Shown one piece after another: positions 40,973 through 49,915 of a stretch of DNA of 64,000 bases; the stretch's first letter is position 1, and each line of letters begins with the position of its first letter. This DNA is from a virus. The notes beneath the pieces are model-generated. The model did not search any database, was not told the DNA's origin, and worked only from the letters and a program-made list of their open reading frames with translations. The translations under genes were made by a program, and so were the position numbers. The DNA is taken from the IMG/VR virus record IMGVR_UViG_3300025131_008477, positions 6,124 to 70,123 of that record. One strand, written 5' to 3'.

Positions 40973-41371
40973 TTAATTATCCCCTATATTTTTTGATTGT
41001 TCTTTAAGTGCATCTAATCTATCACTTTCTCTCTGAATATCATTTACATCTTCTTGAAGAGCTGATATTAAATCTTCTTTTTCAGCATCCGATAATAAGA
41101 ATGATTCTTCATCTCCACCAGATGATCTGGCTATAATTCTCTGTATTACTCCGGCTAGTTTAACAAGATGTTCATCATTCTTTACAGCTACATCCATATA
41201 CTCTTTTATAATTGGTGCAACCAATACAACATCATCTATTGTTGTAATAAATCCATGTATTTCAGATATTAATAAATCAATCTGTTTTTTTCTATCTGTT
41301 GTATTCTTATAAATATCTTTGGTTAAATCTTGAAACGATTTACCCTCAAATATATCATCATTTGATTTCAC
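40973..41371 (-). CDS. Conserved hypothetical helical protein (132 aa)
   Basis: GTG start with AGGAG SD and a late-type promoter at 41411. Confidence 0.65.
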   Translation of the reverse strand: MKSNDDIFEGKSFQDLTKDIYKNTTDRKKQIDLLISEIHGFITTIDDVVLVAPIIKEYMDVAVKNDEHLVKLAGVIQRIIARSSGGDEESFLLSDAEKEDLISALQEDVNDIQRESDRLDALKEQSKNIGDN

Positions 41372-41410
41372 TTTATTCTCCTAATATGGTTATAGATATA
41401 ACTAATCATA

Positions 41411-41419
41411 TATAAATAT
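41411..41419 (-). promoter_or_regulatory. Putative late promoter motif ATATTTATA at the head of the baseplate operon
   Basis: Sits just downstream of a terminator and upstream of the structural block. Confidence 0.65.
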
Positions 41420-41445
41420 AAAATTTGTCAAAATGTAGATGAAAT

Positions 41446-41472
41446 AAAAAAACCCCTTATTTAAAAGGGGTT
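41446..41472 (-). terminator. Intrinsic terminator after the sigma-factor gene
   Basis: Minus strand AACCCCTT-loop-AAGGGGTT followed by a T run. Confidence 0.75.
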
Positions 41473-41504
41473 AATATTATTATCTATAGAAATAAAATTA
41501 CAAA

Positions 41505-42320
41505 TTAGCTAAAAAATTTATTTTTTTTATCATTAATAATACCTTTACGTTCAAACTGATTCACTAGATATTGATATTCTTTTTTTAGAACATTAACAAC
41601 TTTTGTAATATAAGATGTTTCTATATTAGTCATTTCCCTAATAAGAATATATAATGCCTTCTTATTAAAATTCTCAATCTCATCTCTACGTTTCAATAAT
41701 TCAATTATTGCATAAGCTACATCAATATCTCTTTTATTTCTAAATAAATTATTAATATTTTTATCAAAATACTTTATTATTTCATTTGTAAAGTCCGATA
41801 GATATTTTTCTTTATTATCACCAACCGGTTTAGAATTTAAAATATCCACCCCAGTTGTAACACAATATCTTTTATAGTTAGCATTATTATGTAATATCAA
41901 ATAATTTTTTGCTACTACTGAAAAATAACTGAATGCTTTTGAACCTTTTGTATGATCATATTTATGTATATTTAATACAAGAAAAGAAACTGTTTCCATC
42001 TTAACATCTTCATATACATCATCAAAATATGTAAACTTAAATGTATTAATTATATTTTCACAAAGTTTATCGAAAGCATAATGTATTTCTTCTTGATATA
42101 TTTTATTTCGTTCCGCTTGATTTTCATCTGGATCTAAAGCATTGTATCTTACAATAGCATCTTGAACATCCTGATCAAAATACATTTTTTTACCCTTCTT
42201 TTTCTTCGGTGCTTTTGGTAATGAAGGGTGTGTGTCTGATGGTTTTACTTTAAATTTTCTATCCTTCTTATTCGGCACTACTACTATTCTCCTCGATTTG
42301 TTCGTTTTCAAAGATTCCAT
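41505..42320 (-). CDS. Phage sigma factor (T4 gp55-like, region 2); true start may be slightly downstream
   Basis: YF...AIVRYN, KLCENII, and KYDHTKGSKAFSYFSVVAKNYLI sigma region 2 pattern. Confidence 0.75.
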   Translation of the reverse strand: MESLKTNKSRRIVVVPNKKDRKFKVKPSDTHPSLPKAPKKKKGKKMYFDQDVQDAIVRYNALDPDENQAERNKIYQEEIHYAFDKLCENIINTFKFTYFDDVYEDVKMETVSFLVLNIHKYDHTKGSKAFSYFSVVAKNYLILHNNANYKRYCVTTGVDILNSKPVGDNKEKYLSDFTNEIIKYFDKNINNLFRNKRDIDVAYAIIELLKRRDEIENFNKKALYILIREMTNIETSYITKVVNVLKKEYQYLVNQFERKGIINDKKNKFFS

Positions 42321-42555
42321 TTAATAACTCCTGTAATTCTTTTAATTGTTGAAAGAAAAATCCAGTTTCATCATCAGCTTCATAATGTCCTTTAGCATCA
42401 ACATGTTTCATTTTAGTTGTTGCAAATTCAATTGTTTTTTGAAACTCTATAATTAAACCTTCATATTGATTTATCCTTCTTAATGAAAAATATAATAATG
42501 TAGATGCACCCACACTAAATAAAAAGAATAATATCGTTAATATCCACCACCACAT
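42268..42555 (-). CDS. Small membrane-anchored protein (95 aa)
   Basis: N-terminal hydrophobic helix; ends with ADDETGFFF motif; SD present. Confidence 0.65.
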   Translation of the reverse strand: MWWWILTILFFLFSVGASTLLYFSLRRINQYEGLIIEFQKTIEFATTKMKHVDAKGHYEADDETGFFFQQLKELQELLNGIFENEQIEENSSSAE

Positions 42556-42565
42556 AACTTATCTC

Positions 42566-43306
42566 CTATGCTGGAAACAATTCATCAAATTTTGATTTGA
42601 GATTGTCTACTTTTTTATCATCTTGTTTGTCAAACTCTCTTGTAACTTTTTCTATCTTTTTCTGTTTCTCCATATTACCTTGAATATAATGTTGTTTTTC
42701 TGCTACTGTTGACATCCAATCACCGAAATGTACAATATAATGTAAAATATTTCTGCTATCACTAGACCTTCTATAATAATCTTCATTACCCTTATCGAAC
42801 ATTCCATCTGACATTTTTATAGCTTTCCAAACCTCAGTAGATACTTTGATATTAAAATGTTGTAATAACCAAAGAGCTCTGTCAGTTACACTCATGGTTT
42901 CCATATCAGAATTATGAGTATACCACTCTTGTAACTTATTGCGTCTCCACTCATCTGTTTGGTATTTATAATATGGATCATTTAAATCACCTAGTTTACC
43001 TAAATCATGAAACATAGCAGCTAGTACTACATCTTTTTCTGTAGCAGTTACCTCAACGCCTAACCCGATAAAATGTTCCCGGGTTTGTAAAGAAGTTTCA
43101 ATAACTCTTAAAGTATGATCTAACCAACCACCCACAAAACAATTATGATAAGTTGGTCTACCTGAAGCCGGAGCTTCAATTATTCTATCTTCAAAGTGGT
43201 TGAATAAATTTATTATATTTTTAAGATCATCACCTTTGAAATTATCTTCTATTATTTTCTGTAATTTATCCCAATTAGATTTTATCTGTTCTGGTTTATT
43301 ATTCAT
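42566..43306 (-). CDS. HD-domain phosphohydrolase (YhaM-like)
   Basis: APAS...YHN...GG.LDHTLRV and FHDLGK motifs, plus H.GD. Confidence 0.85.
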   Translation of the reverse strand: MNNKPEQIKSNWDKLQKIIEDNFKGDDLKNIINLFNHFEDRIIEAPASGRPTYHNCFVGGWLDHTLRVIETSLQTREHFIGLGVEVTATEKDVVLAAMFHDLGKLGDLNDPYYKYQTDEWRRNKLQEWYTHNSDMETMSVTDRALWLLQHFNIKVSTEVWKAIKMSDGMFDKGNEDYYRRSSDSRNILHYIVHFGDWMSTVAEKQHYIQGNMEKQKKIEKVTREFDKQDDKKVDNLKSKFDELFPA

Positions 43307-44246
43307 TGTTAAAAAACTCTCCTATTAATTTATTTTCTTGTTCTAATTCTTCTTGTTCTTCTGGTACTAATTCTTCCTGTATTTTATAATTCATTATTAA
43401 TAATTCCCTACCTTTAGCTCTTGAACCTTCTTTTGGAGTTCCAGCTTGTTTTGTAAATTCTTTTTCTTCCCATTCAAACTCATTTTTAGACAACCACTCC
43501 TGTAATAAATCAAAGTCATAATAAGATAGTCCAAATTTACCTTTTATATTTTTTAATTGCAAACATAACTTCTCATGGTCATCTCTATCAAAATCGTGTT
43601 TAGAATAATAATTTTCAGTTTTCCAATATGGTGGATCAACATAAAAGTAAGATGTGGGTGAATCATATTTTTTTATTACATCAGAATAATCCATGTTTTC
43701 TACAAAATTTATTTTTTCAAGCTTTTTTTGAAACTTATCATATTTTTCAGTTGTAAGTTTTTCTCTGAATGTTATAAATTTTGGTTTATACTTTCCTTTA
43801 AAATCCATATACTTTGATTTTTCCGGCTGAGACCCTGAAAATATTTGAGTTAATACAAAAGCATATTTCATAGCTACTTCTTTACTATTTTTATCTGTAA
43901 TTAAAAAACCATCAGCGAATATTTCTTTCTGATATGAATTGAATGTATCAATAAAATTTTGTACTTCTTCTGGAGTATTAGCGGTTTTATATGGTTGACA
44001 ATCTTGATCTTTTAATAATTCCCCAAATTCTTCATAGTTACTACCCCTAACATTATTAAATAAATTTGTATTTAACTGATTGAAATCATTATACACAACC
44101 TTTTTGAGATTTGGATATTTATCTTCCATACAAAAATATACCCAAAACATACCACCAAACGGCTCTACATATGTTTCAATATCATCTGGAATATAATCTC
44201 TTATCCATTTTCCTATTATAGATTTACCACCTATATAACTTATCAC
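43299..44246 (-). CDS. DNA adenine methyltransferase (Dam/D12 class)
   Basis: YIGGKS, YVEPFGG, VYNDFN, FYVDPPY and ELLIMNY. Confidence 0.9.
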   Translation of the reverse strand: MISYIGGKSIIGKWIRDYIPDDIETYVEPFGGMFWVYFCMEDKYPNLKKVVYNDFNQLNTNLFNNVRGSNYEEFGELLKDQDCQPYKTANTPEEVQNFIDTFNSYQKEIFADGFLITDKNSKEVAMKYAFVLTQIFSGSQPEKSKYMDFKGKYKPKFITFREKLTTEKYDKFQKKLEKINFVENMDYSDVIKKYDSPTSYFYVDPPYWKTENYYSKHDFDRDDHEKLCLQLKNIKGKFGLSYYDFDLLQEWLSKNEFEWEEKEFTKQAGTPKEGSRAKGRELLIMNYKIQEELVPEEQEELEQENKLIGEFFNNE

Positions 44247-44344
44247 TCTTTTATTTCCTTATTTTTTAATTTGTTACAATTTTTTTTTATTGTTTATATA
44301 TATTGCTTACTAGTTATAACTGTAAGCAATAAAGCAACTGATCA

Positions 44345-44686
44345 TTATATTAACTGTAATAGCATTATAATAACTGCTAATCCCAGTGATAATCCCGATT
44401 TTAATGTAATACCTTCCCCTAATACTAACCAAGTAATAATTGGAAAAGTTATCATCCCAGTTGCAAACCCCAATAATCTAATCGGCCATAATTCACCAAA
44501 TCCTAAATATCCATATGTAGTAGCTTTATAAAACGCGTAACTAATTGGTATTCCCATTAAACATACCATCCAAACATTTTCTTTCCACCAATCCCATTTT
44601 AACTGACCATTTAATTGAAACCACACAAATAAATTAGCTACAAACAATATACACATTGTTATTAAAATTTCTTTATTAAATATCAC
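44345..44686 (-). CDS. Small multi-pass membrane protein, SMR/DMT-like (113 aa)
   Basis: Four hydrophobic segments; LGEGIT motif before the last helix. Confidence 0.65.
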   Translation of the reverse strand: MIFNKEILITMCILFVANLFVWFQLNGQLKWDWWKENVWMVCLMGIPISYAFYKATTYGYLGFGELWPIRLLGFATGMITFPIITWLVLGEGITLKSGLSLGLAVIIMLLQLI

Positions 44687-44905
44687 CTATAATGTTTTCC
44701 TATAATGTCTCTTCTGTGCTTTAGAAGGTTTGTTAGTTTTTACCTTCTTTTCTACTGTTTCTTTTGGTTTATCTAAATCACGAACCTCTTTCTTCCATTC
44801 TTCTTTTGGTGCGTAATTAGCATCCCCATTATGATACAACTCTGATGCTTTCTCATCGGTAGTACGAAAGATTCGTTTACCGTCTGTACTTCTCATCGTT
44901 TTCAT
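44687..44905 (-). CDS. Small basic hypothetical protein (72 aa, MKTMRSTDGK...)
   Basis: Start reassigned to the ATG at 44905, which has an AGGAGAG SD. Confidence 0.6.
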   Translation of the reverse strand: MKTMRSTDGKRIFRTTDEKASELYHNGDANYAPKEEWKKEVRDLDKPKETVEKKVKTNKPSKAQKRHYRKTL

Positions 44906-44924
44906 TCCCGCTCTCCTATTTTTT

Positions 44925-45440
44925 TTAATTTTCATGTTGATGTAATGTAACTTGGTCGTATTTGAAATATCTGTATAGTGTAATATTTTCAAATTTAAAC
45001 CACTTGTTTCCTGATGTCCGTAGAATATCAACTCTGTTAATAAACTTTGGACTCATTGTATCTTTAACTTGATATACCCCATCATATCCATCAGTTCCTT
45101 TTAACATTATATAATCACCATAATTAAAAGGGCCGCCCCATCTAGCTATTAAATCTCTTGATAGAGCTACATATCTATATTCAGAAGCTCTATTAGGATT
45201 TATTACTGTTCCATCTGCTGTTTCATTGGGAGTTGAGTCTGTTTGGCTCTTGGCAGGATTATACATCGTTACAGTAACATCAAATTCTAATGTACCCCAA
45301 GTAGATTGTGAATTATAACTCATTTGTTCTTGAAGATCAAATAATTCGTCACGAGTGTCATCAAGCATATTATCAAAATAACTAGTTATTATTAATAATG
45401 CTAAAATGTTAACTGCTATTGCATGATGTATTTTTATCAT
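44925..45440 (-). CDS. 3D-domain (MltA/RlpA-like) cell-wall-associated protein with N-terminal membrane anchor
   Basis: VTMYNP...QTDSTP..TADG, VALSRDL, VKDTM and RVDIL three-Asp pattern. Confidence 0.8.
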   Translation of the reverse strand: MIKIHHAIAVNILALLIITSYFDNMLDDTRDELFDLQEQMSYNSQSTWGTLEFDVTVTMYNPAKSQTDSTPNETADGTVINPNRASEYRYVALSRDLIARWGGPFNYGDYIMLKGTDGYDGVYQVKDTMSPKFINRVDILRTSGNKWFKFENITLYRYFKYDQVTLHQHEN

Positions 45441-45472
45441 TTTTTATCTCCATTGTATTATAGTAACACTAT

Positions 45473-45502
45473 AATATACAACTTCTTTGATATGCAATCA
45501 AA
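45473..45502 (-). promoter_or_regulatory. Sigma70-type promoter TTGATT-N17-TATATT
   Basis: Intergenic, upstream of the 3D-domain gene. Confidence 0.6.
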
Positions 45503-45516
45503 GTGTTTTTTTATTT

Positions 45517-46395
45517 TTATTGTTTTAGTTTATAATAATGTTCACCATGACTCTTTTGAACATCATAAGATCCATCCACATTAGCTTCTATTTCTTCATC
45601 ATGTATCCACATAGATATTGTTTTTTCAGCTGAAACATCATCCATAATATTAAACCCATCATGGTATCTTTTAAGAAGTCTTTTTACCATAGGATGTCTT
45701 ACAATATCTTTTTCTTTAAATTGAGCCAACCCAACACCGGTTACACCAGCAAATCTTTTAATAGCATCTTCTAAACCACTTTTTCTATTTCTTAAATCAG
45801 ATTGTTCTAAGTCACCAGTGACTATATATTTACTATCTTGACCTATACGAGTAACAAACATTTTAATTTGTTCTGGTGTTGCGTTTTGTGCTTCATCGAG
45901 AATTACAAATTTATTAGAAAGTGTGATACCTCTCATAAATGCTAACGGCATTACTTCAACAATACCACCTTCTTTTAACATTCGTAATCTTTGTTTACCG
46001 ATAATCTGTTCCATGTTATAATAAAATGACATCATCCAAGGTGCTGTTTTTTCTTCTATATCACCTGGTAAGTGTCCTATCTTTTCACCATCCGCTTCTA
46101 CCAATGGTTTAACAATAATGATTCCATCTATTTTAGAATCCTTATTACCTAACTCTCTTAAAGCTCTATGAACCGATAAGTATGTCTTACCACACCCAGC
46201 GGGACCTATACAGAATGTTACATCTTTTTTAGTAATGGTATTGTAAAATCTCTTTTGTGCTGGAGTCTTAAATTCCATTTCATCAAAATTTAACTGTTTT
46301 AAGTCCTTTAATGCTTGTCGTTTATTATGTATTGCGTGATTATTTAGTTGTGAGATTGTAACCTTTTTGTTTTGAGAACTTCTAGTCTTACTCAT
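45517..46395 (-). CDS. phoH: PhoH-family ATPase
   Basis: GPAGCGKT, GHLPGDIEEK, PLAFMRG, ILDEAQN, TRIG, GDLEQSD and DIVRHP. Confidence 0.93.
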   Translation of the reverse strand: MSKTRSSQNKKVTISQLNNHAIHNKRQALKDLKQLNFDEMEFKTPAQKRFYNTITKKDVTFCIGPAGCGKTYLSVHRALRELGNKDSKIDGIIIVKPLVEADGEKIGHLPGDIEEKTAPWMMSFYYNMEQIIGKQRLRMLKEGGIVEVMPLAFMRGITLSNKFVILDEAQNATPEQIKMFVTRIGQDSKYIVTGDLEQSDLRNRKSGLEDAIKRFAGVTGVGLAQFKEKDIVRHPMVKRLLKRYHDGFNIMDDVSAEKTISMWIHDEEIEANVDGSYDVQKSHGEHYYKLKQ

Positions 46396-46477
46396 TTAGT
46401 ATATCCTCCTGTTAACCTATGTGTTTATTATAAATATCATATATATTAACATTTCGTAACCAAATAATTAAAAAATA

Positions 46478-46508
46478 GGTCTGATACCGAAATACCAGAC
46501 CCATTTTT
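46478..46508. terminator. Probable bidirectional terminator after the porin/membrane-protein pair
   Basis: GGTCTG-loop-CAGACC flanked by A and T runs. Confidence 0.6.
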
Positions 46509-46531
46509 ATGTTATGTGTGATTTACATCAC

Positions 46532-46762
46532 TTATGACTTGTTGTATAAACCAACAAGAATAAGCATTGCAATCAATCCTGCAAATCCGTTACTACCGAA
46601 TTGTCCAACCAGTGAAACAAGGTTGCCGACAACTGATACGCCGAATAGAGGAGTGCCGAGTATGATTTCACCCAATACGCTAAGGCCTACGAAGCCTGCT
46701 AACATATTTGTCAAACCACTAACCCAATCACCTACTATAGCAAAAGCTGCTTTTGTATTCAT
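46532..46762 (-). CDS. Small hydrophobic membrane protein (76 aa)
   Basis: Almost entirely hydrophobic and Gly-rich, AGGAG SD, directly downstream of the porin-like gene. Confidence 0.75.
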   Translation of the reverse strand: MNTKAAFAIVGDWVSGLTNMLAGFVGLSVLGEIILGTPLFGVSVVGNLVSLVGQFGSNGFAGLIAMLILVGLYNKS

Positions 46763-46795
46763 TTTAAATCTCCTAGATTTAGTGTTTTATGTTTA

Positions 46796-47566
46796 TTAGA
46801 AAGAATAACTTGCTCTGATTACTGTATCACCATCACCCGAAAGTTCAGACGATACCTTAAAGTTATCAGACGCGTTATACCCAACTCCATATGACACTTC
46901 ACCATCGGAATTATATCCAACAAGTGCAGAAGCGCCTTTTGCAAAATCTGGTGACCAATCACTGCGAAGCCAATAAGCTCCATCATTTGCTAAGTCGTAT
47001 TCAAAAGATGAATTAAAAGGAATACCTAATACGGTACCACTTTTAGAAACATCAACTAGTTGAGCATCGTCACTATTTACAGATAATCCTATTGTAGAAT
47101 TTATCCCAAACGCTGATATACCATAGGAAGCTCTTGCCGCCCAATAGTTATCATCACCATAAAATGCATTCGCTCCTACCCCATAAGCAGATGTTGAAAC
47201 ACCAACACCATTACTTACATTATGGTCTCTTGGAGCAGATGCCCATGTAGTGCCTGAAGGCCTGTGTGACCCCCACGCAATACCATATGGTTCTGCTTGA
47301 CTACCAAATGTTGCTGTAATTGCATCTGAAATTGCCCAGTTATACTTGGCTTCTTCAACATTCACATTACCATCTGATAGATTTGTACTCAATTCCCAGC
47401 CATCACCGGAAATATTTAGTCCTGTGTATGGACTTGAAAATGCAGTCGCATCTCCAAATGTAACATCTGAACTAAACTCACCACTTACAGATTGTGCATT
47501 GGTAATCCCAAGGATACCACTCACGAGAGCTGCTGTGATGATTAGGTTTCTTATACTATTCTTCAT
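46796..47566 (-). CDS. Outer-membrane beta-barrel (porin-like) protein
   Basis: Sec signal peptide (..ITNA|Q), alternating amphipathic strands, C-terminal IRASYSF BamA signature, GGAGG SD. Confidence 0.75.
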   Translation of the reverse strand: MKNSIRNLIITAALVSGILGITNAQSVSGEFSSDVTFGDATAFSSPYTGLNISGDGWELSTNLSDGNVNVEEAKYNWAISDAITATFGSQAEPYGIAWGSHRPSGTTWASAPRDHNVSNGVGVSTSAYGVGANAFYGDDNYWAARASYGISAFGINSTIGLSVNSDDAQLVDVSKSGTVLGIPFNSSFEYDLANDGAYWLRSDWSPDFAKGASALVGYNSDGEVSYGVGYNASDNFKVSSELSGDGDTVIRASYSF

Positions 47567-47794
47567 TCGTTTTCCTCCGTTATTTTAACGATTTTACTAT
47601 TTACTATATACAATATTTTTAGGCAAAATATCCACCTACTAATAACATTATGTATTAACCTGAGTCTTACCGAGACTGAATGCCTCTTTTGATATATGTC
47701 TTTAAGTATCGCATATAATAATTTATTTATAACCTATTTTCTGTATATAAATATGACTTAAATCACAAAAACATACAATTTTTTTACTTTTTTG

Positions 47795-47867
47795 AAGCGG
47801 GTATGGGAGTCGAACCCAATATCTTCAGCTTATGAGGCTGACGTTTAAACCGTTTCACTCACCCGCA
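47795..47867 (-). tRNA. tRNA-Met (CAU), initiator-like acceptor stem
   Basis: TGCGGGT...TCAGC CT CAT AA GCTGA...GGG TTCGACT CCC..ACCCGCT; cloverleaf with a 1:72 mismatch; CCA not encoded. Confidence 0.85.
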
Positions 47868-47869
47868 AT

Positions 47870-47910
47870 TTTTCCGTACTATATGGAAATTTCCGTATTT
47901 TCCGTACTAT
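47870..47910. repeat. Three short direct repeats (TTTCCGTA) in the tmRNA-tRNA spacer
   Basis: tttccgtactat, tttccgtat and tttccgtactat. Confidence 0.6.
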
Positions 47911-47911
47911 G

Positions 47912-48228
47912 TGGAGATGGGGGGAGTCGAACCCCCGTCTTGACAGCAATGCCATAAAGTCATTCACAAGTTTAGTTGGTTTCTATTCCTACCAACAAAG
48001 TCAACTTTTCTTAATTCATTCTTTTAGCATCGCGATTAAGTGTTGTTATCCCTACGATCGGTCTTCCGATTTCGTCACCACTTTATCCCCTATCAGAAGT
48101 CAGGGAGTGATGGTAGCCACGTCTATGCGTATGCTACGTTGTAGTTTGTATAATTGCCGATTAAACAATTGTACTAGTTTACTTGCACTCTATGTCAAAA
48201 ATCTACCAATCGAAACCATGGCATCCCC
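47912..48228 (-). ncRNA. ssrA: tmRNA with predicted tag (A)GNYTNYNVAYA
   Basis: 5' GGGGATG..ATGGTTTCGA pairs with 3' CATCTCC-A with G3:U70. T-arm GGGGGTTCGACTCCCC. Tag ORF at 48158-48123 follows TTAATC. Confidence 0.92.
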
Positions 48229-48247
48229 ATATTTCAATAAGAATATA

Positions 48248-48277
48248 ACTTACAACTATTTTAGTATATAAGTCAAG
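48248..48277 (-). promoter_or_regulatory. Sigma70-type promoter for tmRNA (TTGACT-N18-TAAGTT)
   Basis: About 20 nt upstream of the mature tmRNA 5' end. Confidence 0.55.
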
Positions 48278-48284
48278 CTTTTTT

Positions 48285-48467
48285 TTATCTTAATCCGTTT
48301 CCACCTCTGCGACGACCTTTGTTTCCTTTACCCCTTCGTTTTCTGTAAAGTTTATCACTATCATCATCGTTTATTGTGATGGTTGGTGTCGGTTTAGTTT
48401 CTGAATGACTATCTCTAGCCAAGAGAAATGTTCCAAATACGAACATTATTAGAATATATTTAACCAT
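48285..48467 (-). CDS. Small secreted/anchored basic peptide (60 aa)
   Basis: Signal-like N-terminus and Arg/Gly-rich tail; adjacent to the upstream stop. Confidence 0.55.
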   Translation of the reverse strand: MVKYILIMFVFGTFLLARDSHSETKPTPTITINDDDSDKLYRKRRGKGNKGRRRGGNGLR

Positions 48468-48857
48468 TTAAGCTTCCCCCACTTGTCCTGGTGTTATTTT
48501 ATTTTTATGTTTTTTAAGTTCATCTTCAAACTCTTTTAAATCTGAATGTCTTTCAAGGATATCATCTATTAATTCTTTCATAGCGGTGGTTCTATCTATT
48601 CTTTTTTCATTATCTGGTAGAGGTGGTAAACCTATACCTATTTCCAAATCTTCAGGATTTAATTCTTCTATCTGAAAATCTTTTAAGAACTCTACTACTG
48701 TATTACCCTGCTTTACTAATTTGACTATTAACTCTCTATTATCCATATACATATCTTCAATATGTGTTAATCTTGCATCTATATCTTGAATAATTTCAAC
48801 AATTGATATTTTATCTTTTTTATCATTTTTAGTTTCAATAGTTTTTTTAGTAGCCAT
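48468..48857 (-). CDS. Hypothetical coiled-coil protein (129 aa, MATKKT...)
   Basis: Start reassigned to 48857 (AGAGGA SD, late motif at 48885). Confidence 0.65.
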   Translation of the reverse strand: MATKKTIETKNDKKDKISIVEIIQDIDARLTHIEDMYMDNRELIVKLVKQGNTVVEFLKDFQIEELNPEDLEIGIGLPPLPDNEKRIDRTTAMKELIDDILERHSDLKEFEDELKKHKNKITPGQVGEA

Positions 48858-48901
48858 ATTAAATATCCTCTTTATCTTCTCTATTATAAATATAAAGAAA
48901 T

Positions 48902-49915
48902 TCATAAAAGATGGGGTTTAGCTTCAATTACTCCGGCATTGGTGACTTTAATCAATTCACATTTGGAATGGAACTCTTCAAGGTTATTTGCTCCAACATA
49001 ACTCATTGAAGATTTAAGTCCGTCTATAACATCCGAAATTATCCGTTTAACCTTACCTTTATATGGAACGGTAGTTGAGTATCCCTCAACATTGTTTCTT
49101 TCCCCTCTATCTAATTTTGATTCAACTGAAGCACTACCTCTATACTTCTTCTGTAATACTTCATTGGGCCATTGACCTTGTTTGGTAATTGAACCTGGTG
49201 ATTCTTTAGTTCCACTTAATAGTGAACCTAACATTACCGTGTCCGCACCGGCACCAAGTCCTTTACATACATCACCAGTGTTCCTAATACCACCATCAGC
49301 CATACAAGGAACATTGTAATCATCTGCAACAGAAACGCAATCACGAATGGAACTAACCATAGGTACTCCCACACCAGTTTGGATACGAGTACTACAAAGG
49401 CTCCCACCACCAATACCAATCCTAAGACCATCAGCCCCCCACTCACAAAGGTCTCTTGCACTTTCTCTAGTGGAAATGTTTCCCACCAAGAGGTCAACTT
49501 TTCCGTTAACTTCATTTTTTATTCTCCTAATTGCTTCTTTAACTAATTTATGATGGCCATGCGCTACATCCATACATAATATTTTACAACCACTCTGAAC
49601 TAATTCTTGAGCTCGTTCTATAAAATCTCCAGTAATACCTATTGCGGCAGATGAAGGTCCAAGTGTAACTCTACCTACATTGTCTGCCTGTTCGTGTATT
49701 CCCATAAATCTATGTATGATACCTAACCCACCCAACTCATTCATTTCTTGAGCCATAGAAAATTCTGTAACAGTATCCATTGGAGATGATACAATAGGTA
49801 TTCTCAATTCCCAATTCTTTGTTACATAGGTGGATATACTACAATCTGCTCGGTGTGTTACTTCGGAATACTTTGGTAATATCTGAACATCATCGTATGT
49901 TAGATATTCTTTCAT
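48902..49915 (-). CDS. guaB: IMP dehydrogenase / GMP reductase family enzyme lacking CBS domains
   Basis: LTYDDV, SSPMDTVTE, GIIHR, DVAHGH, GIGGGSLCSTR catalytic loop, ADGGI, YRGSAS, MSYVGA. Start at 49915 via TAATG overlap. GuaB versus GuaC is not resolved. Confidence 0.85.
   Translation of the reverse strand: MKEYLTYDDVQILPKYSEVTHRADCSISTYVTKNWELRIPIVSSPMDTVTEFSMAQEMNELGGLGIIHRFMGIHEQADNVGRVTLGPSSAAIGITGDFIERAQELVQSGCKILCMDVAHGHHKLVKEAIRRIKNEVNGKVDLLVGNISTRESARDLCEWGADGLRIGIGGGSLCSTRIQTGVGVPMVSSIRDCVSVADDYNVPCMADGGIRNTGDVCKGLGAGADTVMLGSLLSGTKESPGSITKQGQWPNEVLQKKYRGSASVESKLDRGERNNVEGYSTTVPYKGKVKRIISDVIDGLKSSMSYVGANNLEEFHSKCELIKVTNAGVIEAKPHLL

Noticed and set aside
48181-48196. tmRNA segment GACATAGAGTGCAAGT resembles the fibre repeat GACATAAGTGCAAGT
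   Set aside because: The match is short and gapped, and falls in the helix 2 region where tmRNAs commonly carry GCAxG. Most likely coincidence.
47909-48271. 120-aa plus-strand ORF (MWRWGESNP...)
   Set aside because: Antisense shadow of the tmRNA.
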